Origin: Octopus vulgaris
Lineage: Eukaryota
Direction of reading: 5' to 3'
DNA length: 64,000 nt
NCBI GenBank assembly: GCA_951406725.2
Contig: OX597823.1
Span: 42,346,001 to 42,410,000, forward strand
The notes under the pieces were generated by a model. The model was not told the DNA's origin and did not search any database. It saw nothing but the letters and a program-made list of their open reading frames with translations. Both the position numbers and the translations under genes were made by a program. Shown piece by piece: positions 25,701-36,476 of the stretch (positions are counted from its first letter, which is position 1; every line of letters begins with the position of its first letter).

Positions 25701-28661
25701 TGTGGCTGTATCATCATTGCATCTACTTATCTTGTTGGCATGGGTTGGACAGTTCAACAGAATCCAGTGTTAGCAGATGCCATATAGCTACAGCATCTCA
25801 CTTTTGACAAGGTTTCTACAACTGGATGTCCTTAATAAAGCCAATCTCCTTACAGAATGTACTGGATATTTTTTTTTATTTGTGTGTGTTTTGAGATACC
25901 AGTACTACTGAATCCCACTTGTAACTCTCAACACTAAAGAGCTCCTACAATAGAGAGGGAGAATAGGAGAGAGAGAGGTGATTTCATGTGAGGTGTTAAA
26001 AAGTTCAAGTACAACAGGAGGAACAGGGTTATTGTTACCTGAATGAGTTAGAGGAGAAGCTAATGGGGACAATGTTTAGGAAGATAGTAATAGAAGGCAA
26101 AATGAAATAGTAGTTTCAGGGATTAGCGAGGGTGAGTCAGAGAGGGATATGGAGAAGGGTGGAGAGGGTTAGGGAGGGGGAGGAGAGTGGGGGGTGGTTA
26201 AACTCAAGTCATATGGGTTGGTAGGGGTGATGATGGATGGAATGTTGAGTAAGGGAGATAAAGATGAGGGTGATTATGCATCAGAACATACCCTCAACGT
26301 ACCCTCAAGTACATACCCACAAGAAGAGGAATAAAAGAGAGCAAAATAACAGAAGGATTAGAAAAGGTGGATCAAGGCTGCACAAGTGGTGGGGGAGAAT
26401 GAGTGATGGATAGAAATAATAGGAGAAAGTAATCAATGGTAAACAAGGATGGGAGTCAATATTTAGAGTGAGGGATAGAGGAAGATAGGAAGTGGTTGAG
26501 AGGAGAGACAGTGATGACTGGCAGTACAGAAAGGAGGGAAAGAAAATTGGCATTATGTCTATGATAAAGGTTTTAAATACAAGTATCATTCACTCCTGTG
26601 CACGCACGCATGCGCATGCACTCATGCTAATAAGAAATCATATTTATTTAGTTAAATTTTTTCTTCTTATTGGCAATCTGTCTTAGGTGAGGACAATGGT
26701 AAAAATGAGGGGTGGAGGAAGGCAGATAATGGTTCAAGAGAGAGGAAATGAATACAGGCAGGGTGTCTATGATAAAGCTTTTTAAATACAAGTATCATCT
26801 GTTCCTTCACAACACACACAAACACTTACAGTTAATCATTTATATATACATTTGTTTATTTTATTTAAATTTTTTTTCTTTCTTCTTATCAGTAATCTCT
26901 TATTTCCACTGTGTAATTTCAGAATTTCTGAAGCACAAATGTACTGTGTTTAACCTTTTTTAATCATTTCAATAAATATTCTTGTATTGTTAGTCGTTAA
27001 ATGGATGAATGGATAAGAGAAAAATAAAAAGAAATAGATAAGAAAGATCTTTTACAAACAGAACGAGAGACAAAGTTAAAAATTGAAACAAAAAAAAAAA
27101 TAAACTACAGAAACAGAAGCAACAATAACACAACAAATTTCAATTGGTAAAATAAGAAACATGAGTTAGTTAAGAGAAAAGAAAGGAAGATGTCTGAGTG
27201 AAAAAATATATAAGCTTTATTGTGCTGACTCTTTTTCATTGTTTTATTCTATCAATGGAGAATTGTTCTTCCAACAAATATTTTTAGTGCAACTTGGTTG
27301 TTCTGCTACAAGAGCAGCAGGTGTTAAATAAACATTAATAAAAACAACAAAAGAAAAACTAAAAACTGGCTGTTCTACCTTATTTGCTGTTAACAATTTC
27401 CATGTTTTTGAATTATTAATTATCAGTTCCTTCCTTATTGTTTTCCAATATTTTTTTTGCTTTGTTCTTTCTTTATTTCTTTTTTATTTGTTCCTAAATC
27501 GTTTTTCCTTTCAAAAAATTTATTTTCTGTATTTTTGCCTTTTCTTATTCTTATTTTCCTCAGTTCTTTGTAGATCAAATGTGAGATTGTCATTTGACAC
27601 TAATTCCTCGTATTTCTAAGGGGTTTTATATCATTTCATTGTAACTGTCATCATATATAGAAGAAGCTTGACGATATCAACAGTGAGAGAGAGAGAGAGA
27701 AAGAGAGATAACAATCAAAGTAACATGGCAGCAGTGTCAAAGATTAATAAATGATCTCAGTATACCCAGGTCTGACAATATATCTCAGACATTTCAATAA
27801 GTCAAACTACTAATTTATTTCCCTGAAACTCATTCCCAGCTGTTTCAGACATTAACAGTGAAGGTTCATAAGTTTCAAGTTTTCTAAATGTGTGATTAAG
27901 AAGCTTTCTTCCCAACTACATGGTCTCCGACTATAGCCCCAGGCTAACTAAGGCCTTGTGAGTGGATTTGGTTGTTGGAAACTAAAAGAAGCTATCCTTT
28001 GTGAAATTGAAGCTTCTAAGAGGATGGACTGTGGTTTCTTTTCTTAGTCAAGCAACTAAGAAGCAAATTTGTAGTATTGAGCAGAATATCTACTGCTTCT
28101 TATAACTCAGCACTGAATTTGTAATGGAAAATAGGTCAGTTTCAAAGTATTGATATCCAGGTTACAAAAGCAAAATTTGAAGGGGATAGTAGTCATTTCC
28201 TTTGATTTCTAGACAGAAGCAAATAGGAAATAACACTTACTTGACCAAAGACCAAGAAACTTAGAAACTCAGTGATTAGTATTTTAAACGAACATATCTT
28301 ATAAATATATTTGTTTTAATATGTAGTATATAAACATGCAGGCATAAATAATCACACAGAGCAAACAAACAAGAAATTTAAGTATTGAAGTATATACATT
28401 AAGAAAAATAACAGAAAGCAGTTAATAGATTCCTCACGACATTCCTGTCCAATCCATTAGAGACTAGCTCAGATTGTTCAATTTAATCTTATTTGATGCA
28501 AACTTTACTGAAGAAAATTGATGGTAAAAACAGCAACAACAAAATCTTAATGAAATATCAAAATTTACATCAGGGTTTAATATTTTTTGTTCTTGTTTCA
28601 ACCTTTATATTTTATTTAATTAATATATATACATACACACAAAAACAGATAGATGCACACG

Positions 28662-28724
<63 letters not shown>

Positions 28725-29136
28725 TCCCACATGCAAACATATATTGTATTATTCTCGTAGGTGTTTAAAGTTAATTTTGTCTTCATTGTTTTTTTGCTGT
28801 TCAGTTATTTTTTCTTTTCTTTTAGTTGTTTTTATTCTTTTTTTCTTCCCCATTTCATTTGTTTCAGTAGTTTTGTGTAAGGTTTCAAATCCTTTTACAT
28901 CAATTAGTTTAATTTTCACACAGCCATAATTTTTTGTTTGTGTGTATGCGTGTGTAAATGTTTGTCTGTAAATGTCTACGTATTTGTCTCTACTTGATGC
29001 TTTTGGTTGTTATAATCGTTGTTGCTTAACACTATTGTATATCTCCAAAGTTTCTCTATAGCACTAGAGATTGCTGTTTTCCTTATTTTCAATTAGGTTT
29101 CATAAAGTATTTCCTGTCACATACATACATACATAT

Positions 29137-29179
<43 letters not shown>

Positions 29180-29669
29180 AACATATATACATATACATAC
29201 ATATATACACAAACAGTGATAATTACATATAGATACATCTATTCCCTGTGGGCATTTCAAAATCATTTTTAATTACATTATGAGCTGTCATCACCTAATA
29301 TGAAGTATATATTCTCATATATGTGCATAAATAGACACTGTGGGTGTTTGTGGGGATAGTGTGTATGCATATTTATAATAATGTATATGTAAATGCATAT
29401 ATACATATATATGTATATATATATATGTATGTATGTATATCTAGTATATTTACAGAAATGTTAACAAAATAAATTACATGCTTAAGTGTGTGTGTGTAAT
29501 CGTAAAAAGAATATGGTGAAGTACATTTGTACTCTTGTTTCTTTTACATTTTTTTTTATATATATTTAAAATTTTAGATTAATCTATATTTTTAGGATAT
29601 TTTTCTTTCTTTATTTTTGTATTGATTATTTTATTCTTTTATTTTATTCTTTTTTTTTTAACATGTTAG

Positions 29670-29702
29670 TCGCTTTGATATTTAGTTTAAAACATTATTG
29701 CA
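29670..29702 (+). CDS. Candidate 33-nt in-frame microexon (phase 1-1)
   Basis: An AG-free T-rich tract (29596-29667), then catgttAG | TCGCTTTGATATTTAGTTTAAAACATTATTGCA | GTAAAT. It is open in the phase-1 frame (xALIFSLKHYC). Confidence 0.25.
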
Positions 29703-30543
29703 GTAAATTACACCACTAATTATGCAAATAAGTCTGATTAACTTCTACTTAATAACCCACAGTTCTAAATTTATATTTTAAAAAAATTTATTTCCTATTT
29801 TTCTACCAGTTTTAACTATTTACAATAATCATAAATCTGTCAATGAAACATCAAAAATTAAAAAAAGAAAACAAGATTTATTACTTGTATATTAGTTAAT
29901 GGAAACGAGGGATTGTGGGTAGACAAACTTGAATGCTGAATGGCTACAGGGTTATCAGCAGCAGGAACAGCATTTAGCATCCATATCCAGCTGTAGAAAC
30001 TCTGCCAGATCAGATTGGAGCCTGGTGCAGCCATCTGGTTCGCCAGTCCTCAGTCAAATCGTCCAACCCATGCTAGTATGGAAAGCGGATGTTAAATGAT
30101 GATGATGATTCTATGCAAAAATGGATTGGACAGTTTGACAGGATCTAACATGCCTGAGGATTATATTCAGTTTCAATGCCAACATTGGTAAAATTTCTGC
30201 TACTAAATGTCCTTCCTAATGCTAAACACTTTACAGGGTATACTGGGTGCGTCTCTTATGGCAGCAGCTCTATTGAGGTCACCAAGGACATTGCAGAACA
30301 AGATTACTTCATAGATTTTGGGTACAGTATTGAGGCAGATGGCTTTTTGCCAGGTGTCAAAAGGCTAAAGCAAGCATTCTCAACCATTCTTTATCTATGG
30401 ATCCCATTGATTACTACTTTGATCTGGTTGACACCCATAGCCATTTGATGTCTATAAACTAGTTTTAGAGAAACTTCTTTCAAACTTCCTATTTTGTTTA
30501 CATTATTTACATTCGAGGAATATTTGTCATCTTGTTTGTTGCT

Positions 30544-30586
30544 AACACGTTTCAGCTGATATACCTTCCAGCCTTCTTCAGGTGTC
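30544..30586 (-). ncRNA. Minimal type I hammerhead ribozyme motif (short deletion near the cleavage site)
   Basis: Minus strand reads GACAC-CTGAAGA-A-GGCTG-gaaggtatat-CAGCT-GAAA-CG-TGTT: CUGANGA core, stem II, GAAA and stem I ACAC/GTGT. Confidence 0.7.
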
Positions 30587-30805
30587 TTGCGGAAATTTCG
30601 AACCTGGGTTCTCATTCCTAAGTTATTTTTCGTTGTTATTATTATTATTATCATTCAGGTCACTGCTTGGAATCGAACTCGGAATCTTGGGGTTAGTAGC
30701 CTGCACTCTTAACAACTACACCATAGGCAGTGACCTGAATAATAATAATAATAATAATAATAAAAATAACTTAGGAATGAGAACCCAGGTTCGAAATTTC
30801 CCCAA

Positions 30806-30851
30806 GACACCTCAAGAAGGCTGGAGGGTACATCAGCTGAAATATTGTGTT
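30806..30851 (+). ncRNA. Degenerate hammerhead ribozyme motif
   Basis: GACAC-CTCAAGA-A-GGCTG-gagggtacat-CAGCT-GAAA-TA-TT-GTGTT. Core G5 is changed to C and the stem III CG to TA. Confidence 0.6.
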
Positions 30852-31584
30852 AACAACAAACAAGATGAGGACAAATATCCATCGAATGTAAATAATATAA
30901 TTAATGTACATAATTCCTCATCTCTTAAATATAGAACTGTATTTCCTATTTTGTTTTTTACACATTAACTTGTGTGGGTTGAACTTATGTAAATACATAC
31001 CAATACATACATCTAAAGCAAAAAGTTTTCAGAGCCCCTTAAAATACTATCTTATTTTTTGTTGTGTGGTACCCCTAAAATCTTATATGGACTCCGGTTT
31101 AGAACCACTAGGTTAAAGGATGATAGAGGAACAGGTGTCTTCTTGTGCAGGAGATATGTGGTTACCCAGCAGGATGATGAAGTGCCAGGTTAAACCTTTA
31201 ATATACAAGGAGGTGATAAAGACAGTAAAGGGATTTAGAATCAAGGATAGCTTTGTTGGTATGTTCACAAGTGTGTAAAATGAGGTTGAGAGATATGATG
31301 ATAGAAGAGAATGCAGTGAATGGTGGGCATGAGTGGAGATGTGGACAATGATGACTGCAAGATAATGAATTTCAAAACCTCTGTTTGAATGGCTAGTAAA
31401 CCCTTACCCCAACATATCTTAATTAAACAAGGGGTGTCAGAGAATGGTCAAAGATAATGGCTTTGAGTCCACATCCCTCAAATTCTCACAGTGGCTTGTG
31501 CATTGTAGTCTAGAAGCAACAGATATATATATGTGTGTGTGTGTGTGTGTGTATGTATGTCTCTTCTATTTCTTAATTATTATA

Positions 31585-32160
31585 AATCTTCCACTGCAAA
31601 GAGAGCCGGTTTCCAACAAAGATACAAGGCGCCATCTTTGGGGTGTAGTTAACACAGACAAATTCACATTTGGAACTTGAGTAAAGTCTTGCATATTTTT
31701 AGTGTTCCACTCACAGATTGCACTTGTAATGTACGAATCAGCTGGTCAATTTCTTTTTCTGAAAATCCTAGTTTATCCAGATTCTCCTTTAAGCATTTAC
31801 TAAGAAAGCCTAGTGCTCTGATTATTATTGGTATGAATATGAATTCATAGTCTGGAATATAGGAGCTGGAGGTTTCAAAGCAGTTGTCCCTAGATAACTT
31901 CTTTTCTTTTGATTTTCAAAGAGATATTTATATCTGCAGAGGATTTAACCTCTATGATGGTACATACCTTTGCTCCTCTGCCCAAACAACAATATCCAGT
32001 CTGTTATGTTAACATTTGACAGAAATTTTGATGAGAATATTCCAACAGTATTCCTTGAGTTGGTGTTTATGAATGTATTCCATAACAGAAGGATTTTCTA
32101 AGTATATTTCAGGACAGTCTTTTTTGTGGATGGCATTGTAAATTGTTTTAGCAACATATA
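31585..32160 (-). mobile_element. 3' fragment of an RLE-type (R4/Dong-like) non-LTR retrotransposon
   Basis: Minus-strand relic VAKTIYNAIHKKDCPE...HNRLDIVVW...VCTIIEV...FIPIIIRALGFL...SVSGTLKICKTLLKFQM* (stop 31664-31666), a PD-(D/E)xK endonuclease tail, followed by a 3' UTR. Confidence 0.85.
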
Positions 32161-32192
32161 TGTATGTATATACATACATATGTATGTATGTG

Positions 32193-32294
32193 ATTGTTCA
32201 GTTTTATTTCAAGATTTCAGGCCAATAGAGAAAGATCCAGTTTCTAGCATAGATCCAAGGCTCCTTTATTGGAATTTCAACATCAACAACAGGG
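32193..32294 (-). mobile_element. Short 3'-end copy of a related RLE element within (TATG)n
   Basis: Similar to the 3' UTR at 31585-31640 (GAGAGCCGGTTTCCAACAAAGATACAAGGC vs GATCCAGTTTCTAGCATAGATCCAAGGC). Confidence 0.6.
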
Positions 32295-32326
32295 TATGTA
32301 TGTATGTATGTATGTATGTATGTATG

Positions 32327-32357
<31 letters not shown>

Positions 32358-32709
32358 GTATGTATGTATGTATGTATGTATGTATGTTTGGTCATGGGTA
32401 GAAAAGTGAAAAAGAGTGTGTGAACTGACGATGGAAATCCCACACAGACAAAAGATCATATACAAGGAAGTTGGGTGATACCTTTCAGTAAGATCATGAA
32501 AGATGATAGATGAATGAGTGAGTGCGTGTGTGTGTGTCTGTGTGTGAATGTTGAGATGTTTTGCTACACAGATACTGGTTAATATTGCTGGTCAACAAAT
32601 CATCCAGTAACTCTGCACTTCCAAAAATGTCTGGAACAAAATATCTTTTACTTACAAATCAGGCTAGTGGCAGGAAGGAGGACGTCCAGCTAGAAAAAAG
32701 TGTCTCATT

Positions 32710-32754
<45 letters not shown>

Positions 32755-32989
32755 CAACCCATGCTGGTGAAGAAGATTGGGTGTTAAATGTATATATCAA
32801 AGAAATATTTCTATGTAGGAGCAAAATATGCCTTGCAAGACACAAGATTTATGTATACAAATATATATGTGTGCCTGTGTGTGTGCATGCATGCATGTGT
32901 ATATGGGGGCAAAAGGAACTTTCCATGACACAAGATAAATGCATATGTATGCAAATTTCTATACAAGTATGTCATGTGTGTGTGTATAA

Positions 32990-33060
<71 letters not shown>

Positions 33061-35619
33061 CATGCACACACACACACGTTTGTATATGTCTGTGTGTGTG
33101 TGTGAATGTATACACAACCACTTATGTAAAAGCTTTTCATTGCATACCAAGTCTCCATAAAGTATGGTCACAGAAATTTGTTGCATTGTCCTGTAATGAA
33201 AGCCCTCTCTGCTATTTCAACAGACTTTAGCTGCATGCAAACAATAAACTCATTAGTGCAGAAAGTGCATTGCAAGGAATTAGCACAATTTTCAAGCTTC
33301 CTGCAATTGTTGTCCATAGGATTTCAATTGTTCCTGACACAGAGTCGGAAGATTTATGGTTAAAATGCCAAAGCTGTTATTACTAGAATTTCTTTGGTAA
33401 AAGGAAAGACACTGGCTGGTTACAGAATTCACAACACAATACTGCATGTTAGATAATGTGTAAAAGTGAGTGAGAGAGATAAGGTGGGGCAAGGAGTGCT
33501 AAAGAGAAAATGATAAAGAGGTTGAAGAAGGAGAAGTAAAAGACCAAACAATTTAAAGGGATATAAAAATAAATGGCAAATATACAGAAACCATGGAATC
33601 TCAGACATGAAATATATATAAAAAATATATATAATTAAATAAATTCCTTATGTTCGGATAAAAGCCAATTGTTAAAGGTAAAGTGTTTGTGAATAACATC
33701 CATCATAGGATATTACTGATATTATTTTATTAACCTTAAAGGGCTTGAACTGAGAAATACATTAGAGAGTTGAGTTTTGTATTTTTATACTCCAAGATCA
33801 AATCTTGGCAGGATCATTACAGTTTATTGTGCTTGAGTTGATTACATAAGTACCGGTTATTTAGTGGATTTACTTTAATTTAATCAATTATATATTTTCT
33901 TTTTAGCTTGTGAACTAATCTTAAAATTTTTTTATATGGTTCTCACTACTCTAGTTCCTCGCATTGCAAATTTCTTTCTAAATCTAATGGGTAATTATCA
34001 AAATTACCCTTTTAAATTCATTTCTTATTATTTACAATATTTTCATCCTCCCAATCAATCATATCTACATGCTAGAAACATCATAAAATTCCAAGCTCTG
34101 GGAACACTTGACTAGTGACAAATTCCTCAATTGCATTCTGTTGCTCTGTCTTCAATGTAAAACTGATAAAACTGGTAAAAAGAAACAAAGGTACTTGTGT
34201 AGTACCTCACTGCTACCATGTTATATTTTGTCTTTCCACTGCTACCATCCTTGTTTTCCTTGTTCTTATGTTGAGCATTATAAGAATTTACTAGCTTAAC
34301 TTTATAGTGTTTGCATTAATACCTTTCTCTAATCACTACGACCACTAATGTATCCTTCCCTCTCTTCTTTGCTTCATTTTGTCATCGGGTAATGCTTCAT
34401 TAGAATAATATAGTACCTAACAGACTGCAATGCTTCTTTTGATAATATTGGCAAATAAAAATATTTTTCTATAAGGAGGAAGTGGACTTTGTTGGAAAGT
34501 AGAGTATGCTGGAATAGATGCTACTTTCCAGCAGAATTAAAGACTCAAAGACTGTGGTAAGGACTACACTGCCACCTTGTAAGTGTCTCTTATAACTCCC
34601 TTTAGCTATATTTCAAGTAAATCAATGCAAAAGGTTTACTAGTATATAGAAAGATTTTTATAATTTTCATATCATAAAGTAAAATATTCACTTATTAAAA
34701 ACATTGTGTGTTTAGTAAATTCCATAATCAGGAATGAATGATTTTGTGTGATAACTGTAAGAATTCATTAGAATATTTCAATCAACTCTTTTCATCAACT
34801 GATACCTAGTCAGGTAATAAGTATTTATATTCTAGGTAGATAATTCTTTAAAACATTGATGGGGGTCCTGATGTAACAGAAGGTGAAACATGCAGTACTA
34901 CAGTATATGTCTCACTACCCCCAAGTGCCTCAATATCAAGTCAATGAAGACCATCTGGCTCAGTTCTCTTGATGCCTGAGAATATGTATTTGATCATTAA
35001 AGCTGGCTCGAAGAAAGGAGGAATGAAACCTGAGGAAACAAGAGTCCTTACTGGTATACCCAAGTGATTTGAAATCCCACAGCAGACCAGTCATCCAGGA
35101 GCAAAAGAAACCTAAAAATGGCACAAGAAACTGAAATTGAGGACTGTAGTGAAGAAGATGATGTTTCACTAAGTGTCATATTTGAAAAGGAGGAACCATT
35201 TGGCAGTAAGCAAGCTGCAAACAACCAAGAATATATAAATGCTTCAAATGCACAGGAAGAGCACTATGTTTTCTTGTTTTGTCTGTCTTGAAACATACTC
35301 TAAATAGATTTTTCACAACCTAAATTCACAAGGCTGACTGATATTCAAATTTGCATACATAAAAATGAGAATATTGTATTAATTGTGATAACTCTGTACA
35401 ATGATGAGCAAATAATGTTTTACCAGCCGAAACTTATTTCCTGTTGATTTATCAGTCTAGAAGCCAGAATATACACAAGGAAATGTTATAAACCAATAGC
35501 TGACAAAACCATGATGGTAAATGTGATAAAGTCTAGCAATAAAGCCTAGATGAAGTCACTGGTTTTGATAATTGAAATAATACCAACATAACTCTTGAAC
35601 TGTCCTATAATTACTAGTA

Positions 35620-36476
35620 TAAGGTGGTATCAAAACGTTCATGGACTAGTTCTATAGTACACCAACCGATGGCAGTGCACAGCTGTGTTCACAGTGAGAG
35701 CTAGTAGTTAACTTCATGAAGCAATATGCCAAGTGACATCACTTCATGAGTTGTGAAATTTGTGTTTCTGTGATCACATGTATGCTGTAGTCTGCGATGG
35801 TCATTGCATCAAAATCTGTCAAGATCTCCATCAGCATGCCACTGATGACTCATCCTTCATGTTGAGAATCATCACCAGTGATGAGGGTTGGGTCTACGGC
35901 TGTCACAATGGAAGAGGCCTTCGTTTCTACCACCAAAGTAGGCAAAACAGAGCTGCAGCTTAAAGAGCATGCTTACCATATTTGGTTTTTGACATCCATA
36001 GTATTGTGCATTGAGAATTCGTTCCTCAGGGTCAGATTATTAGTCAAGAGTTCTACTGTGATGTTCTGAAGCATTTCAGCAAAAGCAACTGAATTTGTGG
36101 AGTGCAAAGAATTGAATTCTTCCTGAGCTCTCCTCACTTGAGAGTTTCTTACCAAAACCAACATAGTATTGCTTCCTCACATGCCATGTTTGCCAGATTT
36201 AGCACCTGTAGACTTCCATCTCCTCTCCAAGAAGAAAATGCTGCTCAAAGGTCACCATTTTAGAACTTTTCAAAATCCAGAGTGAATTACAGAAGGTCCT
36301 CAACTTTCTTATGGAAAACTGATTTCCAGGCCAGATTCCAAAAGTGGCAGGAACTCTGGGACTGGTGTATTGCTGTACATGGTAACTATTTTGAAGGAGA
36401 TGATGTTAAAACTAAGGTAAATAAGTTATTTTTTATCAAACATAACTAGTCTGGGAGTATTTTTGATATCGCCTCG
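35620..36476 (+). mobile_element. Internally deleted mariner (DD34D-type) transposon, decayed
   Basis: Imperfect TIRs (TAAGGTGGTATCAAAACGTTCATGGACTAGT / ACTAGTCTGGGAGTATTTTTGATATCGCCTCG) with TA on both sides. Transposase relics include LRIITSDEGWVY, EFVPQGQ, LPDLAPVDFHL and FQKWQELWDWCIAVHGNYFEGD. Confidence 0.9.

Larger units (their letters stand above)
30500..30942. mobile_element. tRNA-headed, hammerhead-containing retroelement inserted as an inverted pair (Penelope-type non-autonomous element)
   Basis: A minus-strand copy (30500-30724) with A-box and B-box abuts a 5'-truncated plus-strand copy (30725-30942) that carries an extra tail. The pair is flanked by a 14-bp direct repeat TTCCTATTTTGTTT (30486-30499, 30943-30956). 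Confidence 0.85.

Noticed and set aside
30661-30724. tRNA gene
   Set aside because: It has A- and B-boxes but no complete acceptor stem, and it runs into a repeated body. It is a SINE head, as is 61590-61662.
35190-35275. CKQPRIYKCFKCTGRALCF, like a piggyBac cysteine-rich domain
   Set aside because: Too short, and no supporting transposase motifs or termini were identified.
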